64,000 nt of DNA from Candidatus Latescibacterota bacterium (GTDB lineage: Bacteria > Latescibacterota > UBA2968 > UBA8231), in NCBI GenBank assembly GCA_965206595.1, contig OZ242214.1, forward strand, positions 5,728,001 to 5,792,000, read 5' to 3'. Below, piece by piece: positions 22,486-32,900 of this stretch; positions within the stretch are counted from its first letter, which is position 1, and the number at the start of each line of letters is the position of its first letter. The position numbers and the translations under genes are program-made. The notes beneath the pieces were generated by a model. The model had not been told where the DNA came from and did not search any database. It saw nothing but the letters and a program-made list of their open reading frames with translations.

Positions 22486-22527
22486 GTGAAGTCCGGCGGT
22501 CCTGCCGCCCCTGTTAGCTTGGATTAG
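22486..22527 (+). CDS. Putative 13-aa leader peptide (MKSGGPAAPVSLD)
   Basis: GTG...TAG preceded by GGAGGAGGTGATC at normal RBS spacing. Confidence 0.35.
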   Translation: MKSGGPAAPVSLD

Positions 22528-22580
22528 GTTCGCGATTGAGCGAGACCAAGCGCCAGCCGAACACGTAAAGGAGAAAGAGA

Positions 22581-23009
22581 ATGGCCAAGAAAAAGGCAGC
22601 CAAGAAAAAGGCCGCCGCCAAGGGCAAGGTCCCTAAGAAGAAGGCCGTCAAGAAAGCAGTAAAAAAGAAGGCGGCCTCCCCAAAAGCCACGGTCGCCATG
22701 AAGAAGGCCGCCAAGAAAAAGGCGGCCAAAAAAAAAGGCGGTAAGAAGAAAGTGAAACGCCAACCGAACTCCGCTTTCATGAAGCCGTTGCAACCGGATG
22801 AGGCACTGGGTGCCGTCGTCGGCAACAGCCCGTTGCCCCGGACGCAGGTGGTGAAGAAGCTGTGGGTCTACATCCGCAAGCACAAGTTGCAGGACGCGAA
22901 GAACAGGCGCATGATTAACGCCGACGACAAGCTCAGGGCTGTCTTTGGCGGTAAGGATCAGGTAACCATGTTCGAGATGACCAGCCTGGTTAACGAGCAC
23001 CTCGGCTAG
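22581..23009 (+). CDS. SWIB/MDM2-domain protein with histone H1-like Lys/Ala-rich N-terminus
   Basis: AKKKAAKKK repeats, then LGAVVG..PLPRTQVVKKLWVYIRKHKLQD, INADDKL, VTMFEM; RBS AAGGAG. Confidence 0.92.
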   Translation: MAKKKAAKKKAAAKGKVPKKKAVKKAVKKKAASPKATVAMKKAAKKKAAKKKGGKKKVKRQPNSAFMKPLQPDEALGAVVGNSPLPRTQVVKKLWVYIRKHKLQDAKNRRMINADDKLRAVFGGKDQVTMFEMTSLVNEHLG

Positions 23010-23054
23010 GCTAACGGGTCGGCAGCGTCGTTTACTGCATTCACCTTGAAATGA

Positions 23055-23085
23055 AAAGGGGCTCTCTTCTGGGAGAGCCCCTTTC
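23055..23085. terminator. Rho-independent terminator hairpin after the SWIB gene
   Basis: AAAGGGGCTCTC-TTCTGG-GAGAGCCCCTTT. Confidence 0.75.
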
Positions 23086-23188
23086 TCATGTACTCTTGGT
23101 GGGATTTTTGCCCGTTGGAGATCTGCTTTTATATTCCGGACTACATCCGTAAAGGCCGTACCCACCACACCCCTCTCGACACAACAGC

Positions 23189-24277
23189 ATGAACGCATTT
23201 GTCGCCCTTGAAGACGGCACCGTATTCGAAGGAAACGCCGTCGCCGCCGAGGGCGAGGTCCTCGGCGAAATGGTGTTCAACACCAGCATGACCGGCTACC
23301 AGGAAATTCTCACCGATCCTTCCTATGCCGGACAGATCGTCGCTATGACCTATCCGCACATCGGCAACTACGGTGTAAACCCTGCCGACGCCGAATCGGA
23401 ACGTCCCCAAGTAAAGGGATTCGTGATGCGCGACTGCTGCCGGCGTCCAAGCAATTACGCGGCAACTCAGAGTTTGATTGAATATCTCGTCGAACACGAC
23501 GTCATCGCTATCGAGGGAATCGATACACGCGAACTCACTCGCCGCGTGCGCATACACGGCGTCATGAATGCCGCCATCTCAACTGCCGATCCGGATCCCG
23601 AGGACCTCCTCCGCAAAGCTCGTGAGTGGGAGGGGTTGGGAGGGGTCGACCTCGTTCGCGAGGTATCCTGCGAATCCAGGTACATCGTCCGTCCCGAGGG
23701 GGCCGTCCGTCACCGGGTCGTCGCCTACGACTTCGGTATCAAGCGCAACATCCTGAACAAGCTGACGGAGCTGGGGTGCGAGGTCATCGTGTTACCTGCG
23801 GCGACGCCCTGCGCCGAGGCGCTGGGCCTCGACCCCGACGGCATCTTTCTGTCCAACGGGCCGGGAGATCCGAGAGCCGTCGAATACGCCATCAGGACCA
23901 CCAGGGAACTGGCCGAGTCGGGAAAGCCGATCTTCGGCATATGTCTCGGCCACGAGATCCTGGGGCTGGCCTTCGGCGCCGAGATCTTCCATTTGAAGTT
24001 CGGGCACCGCGGCGCCAACCAGCCGATAAAGGAATACGAGACTGGCCGCATCCTGATCACTTCCGAGAACCACGGTTGGGGCATCAGTCCCGAGAATCTG
24101 CCCGACTGTCTGGAGATCACCCGCCAGAACCTCAACGACGGCTGCGTCGAAGGCCTGCGTCACCGCGAGTTGCCGATTTTTTCGATCCAGTGTCACCCGG
24201 AAGCCTCGCCGGGCCCGCATGACAGCTACCATCTCTTCGGCCATTTCGCCGAGATGATGCGGAAGAACGCTGCTTGA
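23189..24277 (+). CDS. carA: Carbamoyl-phosphate synthase small subunit
   Basis: FNTSMTGYQE, LSNGPGDP, GICLGH, HPEASPGP. Confidence 0.97.
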   Translation: MNAFVALEDGTVFEGNAVAAEGEVLGEMVFNTSMTGYQEILTDPSYAGQIVAMTYPHIGNYGVNPADAESERPQVKGFVMRDCCRRPSNYAATQSLIEYLVEHDVIAIEGIDTRELTRRVRIHGVMNAAISTADPDPEDLLRKAREWEGLGGVDLVREVSCESRYIVRPEGAVRHRVVAYDFGIKRNILNKLTELGCEVIVLPAATPCAEALGLDPDGIFLSNGPGDPRAVEYAIRTTRELAESGKPIFGICLGHEILGLAFGAEIFHLKFGHRGANQPIKEYETGRILITSENHGWGISPENLPDCLEITRQNLNDGCVEGLRHRELPIFSIQCHPEASPGPHDSYHLFGHFAEMMRKNAA

Positions 24278-24361
24278 GACGCAGGGCGCGGATTGCCGTG
24301 CCCCGGGTTTCTGAAAAGAGGAACGCGGCACACGTCCGCAGGCCAGCCAACCGCCGGACGT

Positions 24362-27055
24362 TCAGGTGGAGACGCCCAGACGCCCGCGCGTGATCTGAAA
24401 ATCCGAGTTGCCGCGGAGCGACAGCTTCGGTGAGGAGGTCCTGGCAGCTACCGCGACCAGGCATTCGAGGAGCGCCCGCGCGACAACCTCGGGGCCCTCG
24501 GACTCATCGATCGACAGGTCGAGATCATCCGCATAGTCCGCTTTGACCGCGTCGCGGCCGCTCACCTGGACCACCGGCACCAGCGGGTGCGTCTGCATCG
24601 GGTGCTCGCCGGCGTGAGCGAGGACGACCTCCACTCCGGTCGCTCCAAGCCCGGTCAGGGTCTCGACCCAGTGATCCGAGGGAGTTTCCATGCAGTAGAA
24701 CCCGGGCAGGGGAAAGCACTCTCCGTGCCCGAGATTGGGTAGCAGTGCGTCGTTGTCCAGTCCGGCGGTGAAAGCGGGGTTCGTTGCAAAGTCGGAGTTT
24801 TCCGCGATGACGACGGTGCCGCCGGCCCCGGCGATCCACCGGCACAGCTGTGAAAAGGCGGCGGCCGTGCTGTCGCCGAGCGGTCCCGAGCAGATCATTC
24901 CCAGGCGCAGACATTCCAGTCCGACATCGGCGTAGTGGGGCTTCTCCATAGCCTCGATCCGGTCCGAGAACCACGCCTCGACCCCGTTCATCACCGACTC
25001 GATGCCGCCGTCCATCTGCACGCTTGCCCAGCCGAATTCCGCTTCGGAGCGGCCCATCTTCTTCAACTGTTCGCGGAAGTAGTCGTTGTGCGTTTTTTCG
25101 CACCCGTGCTCCATCAGCAACCCGACGCTAACCAGCGGGTGGGAGAGGTAGCCGACGAGGGTGCGGGCGTAGATCCCCTCGGTGTCGTAGCCGGTGACGC
25201 CGCATCCTTCGGTATGAACGAGACTGACGAACCGCGTAATTCCCTTTTCGGCCCCGACGGCGCGCGCGTTGAGCCGCTCAGCCGTCAGCCTCGCTATCTG
25301 GCCGGCGCAGAGACTGGTAGGCAGCACCAGGCCGACGCGGTCGGTTGCGGTCGATCCCTCTCTGGCGACTGCGGCCTTGAAACGGATCTCCGGCGCCGTT
25401 TCGGTGGCGATGGGGTGCGGTTCGCCGCTGGGGGCCGGAGCGGCCAGGAGAGTCTCGAGATTCGACTTGTCCCGCTGCGGCCAGTTGCGCCAGATGGAGA
25501 CCTGCGAGTGTCCGGCCTGCTCGCCGCGCGAACGCTGTCCGGAGGCGACCGCCCGGGTGCGCTCGAAGAGATCGGCAGCGAGCTCCTCCATCGGGGTGCC
25601 TTTCTGGTACGCACCGGCGTCGACGTCCATGTCGTCCGCCAGCAGCCGGAAGCGCCGGGAGGTAGTGACGATCTTGATCGTCGGCACGAACGGAAAATTG
25701 GTGATCGAGCCGTTGCCGGTGACGAAGTAGATGAGGTTGCAACCTGCCGCGACCTGACCGGCGATGCTTTCCAGGTCGTTTCCGGGACTGTCCATGAAAT
25801 AGTACCCCGGCTGGCGCATCGGCTCGGCGTAGTCGATGGCGTAGTCGAGACGCACGTCCGGGTCCCTTTTTCTCGCCGCCCCGATCGACTTGAGCACGAT
25901 GTTGTAGAGACCGCGAAACTTGTTGCCCCCGGAAGGATTCCCTTCAGCTGTGGACCCGTGCCAGGCGACGCGTTCCTTGAAGCGCTCGACCATGTGCAGG
26001 AACCGCTGCGCAGTTTCCAGGTCGCGCACGTTCTGAAGTACGTAAGGCTCGGCGCCGATCAGTTCGTCCGTTTCCGCGAGATTGGCCGCGCCGCCGTGGC
26101 GGATCAGCTCCCGCGCCACCCGCGCCGCCAGCGGGTTTCCCGAGATGCCTGAGAAGGCATCGGAGCCGCCGCACTGGAGTGCCAGCTTCAGCCGCGACAG
26201 CGGCTGTTCGGTGCGCTCGTTCCGGTTCAGGGGCTCGAGCCATTCCCTTACCACCCTTTCCCCCTCGGCGATAGCCTCGTCGAAACTGCCGGAGATCGAC
26301 AGGAAGCGGTGGGGCATGTCGTCGATGGCGTAGCCGCCGGCCCGCAGGTATTCCCGCAACTGCGCGTTGGAGACCGATTCGCTGCCGTAGTCGACGGCGA
26401 GCACCGCGCCGACGTTGGGGTGGACGGCGAACCCGGCCAGGGTGCGCAGCAGCAGCTCCTTGTTGTTGGGGGTTCCGAGTCCGCCTCCCTCGGTATGGGC
26501 GATCGCCACTACCCCGTCGAAGTTGGCGTTTTGAGTTCCCTGCAGGCGAGCCGCCAGAAGGCGAGCGTAGCTGGCGGTGCGGGAGGTCGTTCCCAGGATG
26601 ACGGCGTAGTTGCGGGTTCCGGCGCCGCGCCGTCCCCGCGCGTATCCCGAAAAGGTGCCCGCCTGCTCGTGGAATGAAACCTGCCTGCCCGGCCGGAAGC
26701 GGTCCCTGTCGAGCTCGTAGGGACTGATGCGATCCTCGAAATTCGGGGCCGGGGGCAGCTCGAAGTCGATCCTGCGCCCGTTCAGCGCTTCCAGCATCCC
26801 CGGGTTGCAGACGTACGAGCCGGGCTGGATGTCGGCGATCGCGACGCCGAAGGGAAGGCCCCAGGACAGCAGCTCGGTTCCCCGGGCGACAGGCTCCACA
26901 GCGAAGCGGTGGCCCTCCATCACCGTGCAGTCGAGCTCGAAGCGCGCGGTCCCCCGGAGGATGGCCGTACCCTGCTCGAGCCGGCGCGAGGCGATGGCGA
27001 CGTTGTCCCCGGCGGCCGGAAGGCGGCCGGCGTCGTCAAAACTGATTTCAATCAT
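24362..27055 (-). CDS. UxaA/GarD-family sugar-acid dehydratase with SAF domain and internal duplication
   Basis: DNVAIA/GHRFA SAF domain, GTRNY, HPNVGAV, QCGGSD, GNPSGGN, then a second degenerate copy; ATG at 27055 inferred. Confidence 0.85.
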   Translation of the reverse strand: MIEISFDDAGRLPAAGDNVAIASRRLEQGTAILRGTARFELDCTVMEGHRFAVEPVARGTELLSWGLPFGVAIADIQPGSYVCNPGMLEALNGRRIDFELPPAPNFEDRISPYELDRDRFRPGRQVSFHEQAGTFSGYARGRRGAGTRNYAVILGTTSRTASYARLLAARLQGTQNANFDGVVAIAHTEGGGLGTPNNKELLLRTLAGFAVHPNVGAVLAVDYGSESVSNAQLREYLRAGGYAIDDMPHRFLSISGSFDEAIAEGERVVREWLEPLNRNERTEQPLSRLKLALQCGGSDAFSGISGNPLAARVARELIRHGGAANLAETDELIGAEPYVLQNVRDLETAQRFLHMVERFKERVAWHGSTAEGNPSGGNKFRGLYNIVLKSIGAARKRDPDVRLDYAIDYAEPMRQPGYYFMDSPGNDLESIAGQVAAGCNLIYFVTGNGSITNFPFVPTIKIVTTSRRFRLLADDMDVDAGAYQKGTPMEELAADLFERTRAVASGQRSRGEQAGHSQVSIWRNWPQRDKSNLETLLAAPAPSGEPHPIATETAPEIRFKAAVAREGSTATDRVGLVLPTSLCAGQIARLTAERLNARAVGAEKGITRFVSLVHTEGCGVTGYDTEGIYARTLVGYLSHPLVSVGLLMEHGCEKTHNDYFREQLKKMGRSEAEFGWASVQMDGGIESVMNGVEAWFSDRIEAMEKPHYADVGLECLRLGMICSGPLGDSTAAAFSQLCRWIAGAGGTVVIAENSDFATNPAFTAGLDNDALLPNLGHGECFPLPGFYCMETPSDHWVETLTGLGATGVEVVLAHAGEHPMQTHPLVPVVQVSGRDAVKADYADDLDLSIDESEGPEVVARALLECLVAVAARTSSPKLSLRGNSDFQITRGRLGVST

Positions 27056-27080
27056 GGCTGCTGACAGGATGCGTGTGTGT

Positions 27081-28328
27081 TCAGAACAGCTCGAAGTTCC
27101 TTGCGTCCACCCTCTTCGCCTGGTGGGCAAGCACCGCATCCATCAGCTCGATCGCCATGCGCGACTCCAGGGTCACGCTGGCGCGCACTCCCACGCATGG
27201 ATCGTGCCGTCCCTTCTTCAGCTCGAAGTCGGTTTCGCTCAGATCCTTGCGCACCGATTGCTGCGGCGGGAGAATGGTCGACGTCGGTTTGAAGGAGACC
27301 CGGCAGGCCAGGGGCATGCCGGTGGTGACGCCGCCGATGATGCCGCCGTGATGGTTGCTCTGATAGCCTGAGCGACGGATCGGGTCGTTGTTTTCGCTGC
27401 CCCGGCGCGCCACGACCTCGATTCCCGAGCCGACCTCGCACGCCTGCACGGCGTGCAGCCCCCCGAGCGCTCCCATGAGCCTGAGCTTGAAACTGTCGTA
27501 GAGCGGCTCTCCCACCAGCGGAGGCACGTTGACGGCGACGACCTCGATCGCTGCCCCGATCGAGTCGCCCTGCCTGCGGGTCTCGGAAATCAGGTCCGCG
27601 GCGGCGCCTGCGAACTCCGCGTCCAGGGTCCGGATCTCCGACTCTTCCAGTGCCGCCTCCAGCTCCTCGAGCTCTGCCGCGGGCACCCGGCCGTCACCGC
27701 CGGGGGAAAGCTCATGCACGTGGTCGGCCAGCCGCCGCCCTGCCCGCAGCTCGCCGACCTGGCATATCGACGACAGGAAGGCGGTCCCGAACCTGTCCCC
27801 CAGGTACAGCCGGGCGATGGAGCCGCCGAAGACGTCGGATATGGTCGAGCGAAAACTGGAGCGTCCACCGCCGCGCGGGTCCGCGAAGCCCCGGGACTTG
27901 TGATGCTTGACGAGGTCGGTGTGGCCGGGGCGCACGTCCCCGGTGGGGCCGAGGAACTGCTCGTAGTCCGCGGTGCGCTTCGCAGCCGACAGGACGACCG
28001 CGGCGATCGGCTCCCCGGTAGCGAGGCCTTCCTCGTATCCCGGTGCGGAAACCTCCTCATCTCCAACGGCAGCGGCGATTCGCGACCCGGACAGGAGGAG
28101 GTCGTGGTCCTCCGAGTATACCCCGGACAGGATCACCACCTTGTCCCCCTCCCGCCTGGGAGTACCCAGCTTGTTCGAGCCGGGCCGGCGCCTGTCGAGG
28201 TAGCGCTGGATCTCCGACCGGGAGATCCTCTGTCCTGGGGGGCAGCCGAAGACGATTGTGGTGATGGCCGGACCGTGCGATTCCCCGGCTCCGGCCACGG
28301 CGAACAGGGAGCCGCCGAGGATTTCCAT
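27081..28328 (-). CDS. aroC: Chorismate synthase (divergent)
   Basis: GESHG, RRRPG, RPGHTD, GGGRSS, GGIIGG, FKPTST, GRHDPC. Confidence 0.92.
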   Translation of the reverse strand: MEILGGSLFAVAGAGESHGPAITTIVFGCPPGQRISRSEIQRYLDRRRPGSNKLGTPRREGDKVVILSGVYSEDHDLLLSGSRIAAAVGDEEVSAPGYEEGLATGEPIAAVVLSAAKRTADYEQFLGPTGDVRPGHTDLVKHHKSRGFADPRGGGRSSFRSTISDVFGGSIARLYLGDRFGTAFLSSICQVGELRAGRRLADHVHELSPGGDGRVPAAELEELEAALEESEIRTLDAEFAGAAADLISETRRQGDSIGAAIEVVAVNVPPLVGEPLYDSFKLRLMGALGGLHAVQACEVGSGIEVVARRGSENNDPIRRSGYQSNHHGGIIGGVTTGMPLACRVSFKPTSTILPPQQSVRKDLSETDFELKKGRHDPCVGVRASVTLESRMAIELMDAVLAHQAKRVDARNFELF

Positions 28329-28509
28329 TTTGTCGCGCTGTCTCTCGTGCGGCGATAGGCGATAGGGGTAAGGGTCTTTTCGAATGTACGCCCTGTGCTC
28401 CAGGGGAGCACTTTGCCGCGGCAACGGCCGATGGATACTGTCCCGGCTTCGTCGAGAAGGGGCAGGGCTACCCGCAGAGTGCCTTCGCCGCCCCGTCCCC
28501 GATCCCGCT

Positions 28510-29871
28510 TCAGTCGGGCGGGCCGCCGAGCAACCTCTCGATATTGGCGCGTGCCACCGCGAGGTCGTGGCGCGCCCGCACCCGGCTGGTGCGCGCCTGG
28601 GTGAAGTTCACCTGGGCGTCGAGCAGCTCGAGCAGCGTGCCCTGGCCCACCTCGTAGCTCTCTTTGGCGAGCTTCAGGTCTTCCCCGGCGACCGCCAGGG
28701 TTCCCTCGCTGATCTCGAGGATCTTGTCGAGCCGCACGAGCTCGAGATGGGCGGTTTCGACGGCGAGCGCCACCTCCCGCCGCTGTTGCTCGAGGTTTAG
28801 GCGGGTGTTCTCCAGGCCGATGCGGGAGCGCTGGATGCCGGCGCTGCGCACGCCCCCGTCGAAGAGATTGTAGGTCACCGACAGGCCGGCGTTGATGCGG
28901 TAGTTCTGGTCGAAGTCCTGGTACACGCGATCGAACACCTCGTTGTTGCGCCCGTAGGAAAGGCTGCCGCTGAGACGCGGGTGCCAGGCGGACTTTGCCG
29001 ACGAAAGGTCGTGCTCCGCGGCGAGGTGGGCGTATTCCAGTTGCCGGATGTCGTGATTGGAGCTCTCGGCCGCCCGCAAGAGTTCGTCGAGCGGCAGCTC
29101 GGCGAGGGGAAAGGGAGTGTTCTCGACGGGAGCGGCCTGCAGGGGCTCGGAGATCCCCCTCCCCATGAAGTGGTTGAGGCTGGCGCGCGCCAGAACGACC
29201 CCCTGCTCGGCGTTGATCAAGTCGGCCTCGGCATTGCCTACGGCCACCTTCAGGCGCAGCACGTCGGCTCTCACGCCCGCTCCTACCTCGAGTCGCATGG
29301 CTGCCCCCTCGAGCTGCTTCTCGCTGAGCTTGAGAGCCTCGCGCTGGACTTCGAGGAGATCATGTGCCTTGAGCAGGGCGAAGTAGCGCTGTCTCACGCC
29401 GAAGACCGTCTCCGCCCGCTGCGCCTCGAGCGCCGTCTCGGACAGGTTCAGCGCCTGGCGCGCGGCGTTGTGTGCGTGGCGCCGGCTGCCGCCGTCGTAC
29501 AGGGTCTGGCTGACCGATGCGTTCAGGGAGAAGGAGTTGCGGTCGATCGCCGGAATCTGGGTCGTCTCCTCGCGGAAGATGCGCTGGCCGGTCTCCGGAT
29601 CGAACCGGTCCGTCGGGTTTTCCTGGATGCGGACGGACGGTCCCGTGCGCGAGCGGGAGAAGTTCAGCAATGAGACGTTGACGCCGGGCAGCCTGCCGGC
29701 CCCGGCGGACTTGACGTCCATCTCGGAACGGCGGACCGCCTGCGCCGCGAGGCGCATCTGGTTGTTGTGCTCCAGAGCCTGGCGGATGCAATCGTCGAGG
29801 GTCAGGGTGCCGGCTCTCGCCGCGGATGCCGCGGCGGCCAGCAGGGTGAAGAGGGCGATGCTGCGTATCAT
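28510..29871 (-). CDS. TolC family outer membrane efflux protein
   Basis: Signal peptide, LTLDDCIRQAL, two OEP repeats, YEVGQGTLLELLDAQ. Confidence 0.9.
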   Translation of the reverse strand: MIRSIALFTLLAAAASAARAGTLTLDDCIRQALEHNNQMRLAAQAVRRSEMDVKSAGAGRLPGVNVSLLNFSRSRTGPSVRIQENPTDRFDPETGQRIFREETTQIPAIDRNSFSLNASVSQTLYDGGSRRHAHNAARQALNLSETALEAQRAETVFGVRQRYFALLKAHDLLEVQREALKLSEKQLEGAAMRLEVGAGVRADVLRLKVAVGNAEADLINAEQGVVLARASLNHFMGRGISEPLQAAPVENTPFPLAELPLDELLRAAESSNHDIRQLEYAHLAAEHDLSSAKSAWHPRLSGSLSYGRNNEVFDRVYQDFDQNYRINAGLSVTYNLFDGGVRSAGIQRSRIGLENTRLNLEQQRREVALAVETAHLELVRLDKILEISEGTLAVAGEDLKLAKESYEVGQGTLLELLDAQVNFTQARTSRVRARHDLAVARANIERLLGGPPD

Positions 29872-29966
29872 GGGGTTCCCCTGGTTACTGGCGGAATCGA
29901 AGGCGCGGGAGCGCCGCGGTCGGGATGGCTCGGCGAATGGGTTTCAAGGTATTCGCGGCACGGACA

Positions 29967-32900
29967 CTACCTGTCCCCGGCGGCGTGGACGACCCGGCGG
30001 AACCACAGCGCCAGGTCGTCGAGGAGGGAGTACAGGGTAGGGGCCAACACGAGTGTCAGCACGGTGGAGCAGATGAGCCCGCTGACGACGACGAGGCCGA
30101 CCGGACCCCAGCGCCTGGCGAACCCTTCCGAGGTTCCGTAGACCATGGGCAGAACCAGCGGCATCAGGTTGAGGACGGTGGTCGTGGCCGTCATCAGGAT
30201 CGGCCGCAGGCGGTTCTGGCCCCCGCGCAGGATCGCCTCGGTACGGGCCATGCCCTGGCGGCGGTAGTGGTTTATGTGATCGATGAGCACGATCCCGTTG
30301 TTGACGACGATGCCGAACAGAATCAGCAGTCCGAGGATGCCGTTGTTGTCCAGCGGCACGTCGAGCAGGTAGAGGCCGACCGAGACGCCGATCAGGGAAA
30401 AGGGAATGGCAAGCATGATCGTGAAGGGGTGAATCAGCGACTCGAACAGCGAGGCCATGATCAGGTAGATGAGCAGCAGCGCGAACAGCAGCGTGAAGGT
30501 GTTGCCCTGGGTGTCCTGCTGCATCCAGCGCGCACCCCTCCCCAGGTCCCACGAGTACCCTGCCGGCAGGGAGAAACCGGCCATCATGCTGCGCACCGGA
30601 TCCATCAGGGAGAACGCCTGCATGCGGGTCTCGGTGTTGGCGAAGATGTTCATGGTGTGCTCGCGGTCTTCGCGCACCAGGTTCTTCGGGCCTTCGGCGA
30701 CCTGGAAGTCGGCTACCGCCGCCAGCTGGATGCGCATTTCGTCGCGGCCTTCGAAACTGCTGTTTTTCAGTTGCTCGAGGTCGACCCGGTCCTCCTCCTC
30801 GAGCTGCAACACCAGGTCTATTTCCCGGTCTTCCGCTTTGAAGGTCGAGGTGCGCCGGGTCCCCAGCGCCGTGGATATGGTGGTGGCGACGTCGCGCGGC
30901 GACAGCCCGTACTCCAGGGCCTGCTCGCGGTCGACGGCGACGCGGATCTCCTCCTCCCCGTCCTCGCGGCTGGTGTCGACGTCCTTGACCCCGGGCAGCT
31001 GTCCGAGGGCGGATTCGATGTCTTCGGCGAGCAGGGCCAGCACGTCCTGGTCGCGTCCCTTCAGCTGCACCTCGACTCCCAGCATGTTACCCTGCCAGCT
31101 GCGCTGCCGCCCCATCTTCCAGGTCACCCCGACCGTCTCCGGCAGCAGCGCCTTTATCGCTTCGCCCGCTTCGATAGAGGTCAGGCTGCCCTCGTCGGCA
31201 TTGACGAGGCGTGCCGTAATCCTGCCGCGGCGCTGGCCGAAACTGGTGTTCAGCGACTCGATGTCGAGCTCCCCGGCGCGCGCCAGCAGCCGCTGCTCGA
31301 TGTCGCGGAACATCGCTTCCACCTCCTCGAGGGAGTAGTTCCTGTCGATCTCGACGGAGATGTCGACGCGGCGCTCCGGAGTCCAGGGAGTGCCGCGCTG
31401 CTCCAGCTGCATGAACAGGTAGATCCCGGTCGCCATCAGCAAGGCGGAGGCCAGCAGGGTCGCGAGGCGGTGCGCCAGGGTCCAGCGCAGCAGGCCGATG
31501 TAGGCGCTGCGCATGCCGCGGCGGCGGCACTGCCAGGCGGCTGCCGCGGTGACCGCCCCGGCGGCTGCCAGACCCGCCGCGGTCGTCCACTGCATGCCGG
31601 CGAAGCCCGCGGCGACGCGGCTGCCGGTGCGTCCGGCCCAGTCAACCAGGCCATCCCAGGTGAGCTCGTGGAACCCCATGGCGGCCAGAACCAGCAGGGC
31701 CAGCAACACCATGCCTTTCAGCACGCGGTCGTAGCGGTCGTAGCGGTCCTTGAAGAGGCGGGAGCTGGCCAGCGGAATGAGAGCCAGCGAGACCACCGTC
31801 GACACGGCTACGGCCAGGCAGATCGCCAGCCCGGCGTCCCTCATCCAGGCCGTCATGCGGCTGCTCGAAAGAAAGAAGAAGGGTATGAATACGACTACCG
31901 TGGTCAGCGAGGAGGCGATGACCGCCATGCCGATCTCGCGCGCCCCCGATAGCGCCGCCTCGGCCGGCTCCGCCCCTTCTTCCTGGCGCCGGCGGAAGAT
32001 GCTCTCCAAGGTCACCACCGCCGGGTCGACGAGCATGCCGACCGCCAGCATGAGGCCGGTCATGGTCACCATGTTCAGAGTCACCGTCGATCCGAAGAAC
32101 TCGCGGGCGGCGAAGAACCCGGTGAACACGCACAGGACCGACACCGGTATGGCGACCGATATTACCAGGGTGCTGCGGATATTGCGCAGGAACAGGAAGA
32201 TGATGCCGATCGCCAGGACCGCGCCGAGCAGGGCCGAGTCGGTGAGTTTGTCCACTTCCCGCAGCACCTGCTCGGAACGGTCGCGGACGATCTCGATTTC
32301 CAAGTCCCCGCCGTACGACAGCTCGATTTCCCGAAGGGTCGACCTCACGTCGCCGGCCATGTCGACGAGGTTGGCGGTGGAGGACTTGTACACCTCGACG
32401 GTGACGGCGTCGGCGCCGTTGAGGCGCTCGTAGCGCTTTTTCTCGGGGTAGTCGTAGTTGACCGGGCCGACGTCCTCCAGCCTCAGGGCGGTCCCGGCCA
32501 GCGGCAGCTCGCCGATTTCGTCGGCGCGGGCGAACTCGCCGAGGGCCCGCACCTGGTAGCGCTGGTCGCCGTCCATCACCCGTCCGAGAGAGACGTTGAC
32601 GTTGTTCTCCCTGACTTGCCAGGCGAGGTACGGCAGCGACACGTCGTGGTCCTGCAGCCGCTGCTGGTCGAGCTCGACGATCAGCTGCTTTTCCTCGATC
32701 CCCTCCACGGTGACGTTGGCGACCCCGTCGAGGCGCAGCAGCTGCGGCTCGATGACCTTGCGGTAGATGTCGAAGAGGCGGTCACCCTGTCCCCGCCAGG
32801 CGACGTTGGCGTAGAGCGACGGGCGCTCGTCGCTCTGCCAGCGGCGGATGCGCACGCTCCGGACATCTGCGGGAAGGTTTCCCCTGATCGCCTCGACCCG

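Noticed and set aside
21355-22580. Visibly lower GC around proC as a horizontally acquired island
   Set aside because: proC is coupled to hisH, the rest is promoter DNA, and there are no mobility signatures.
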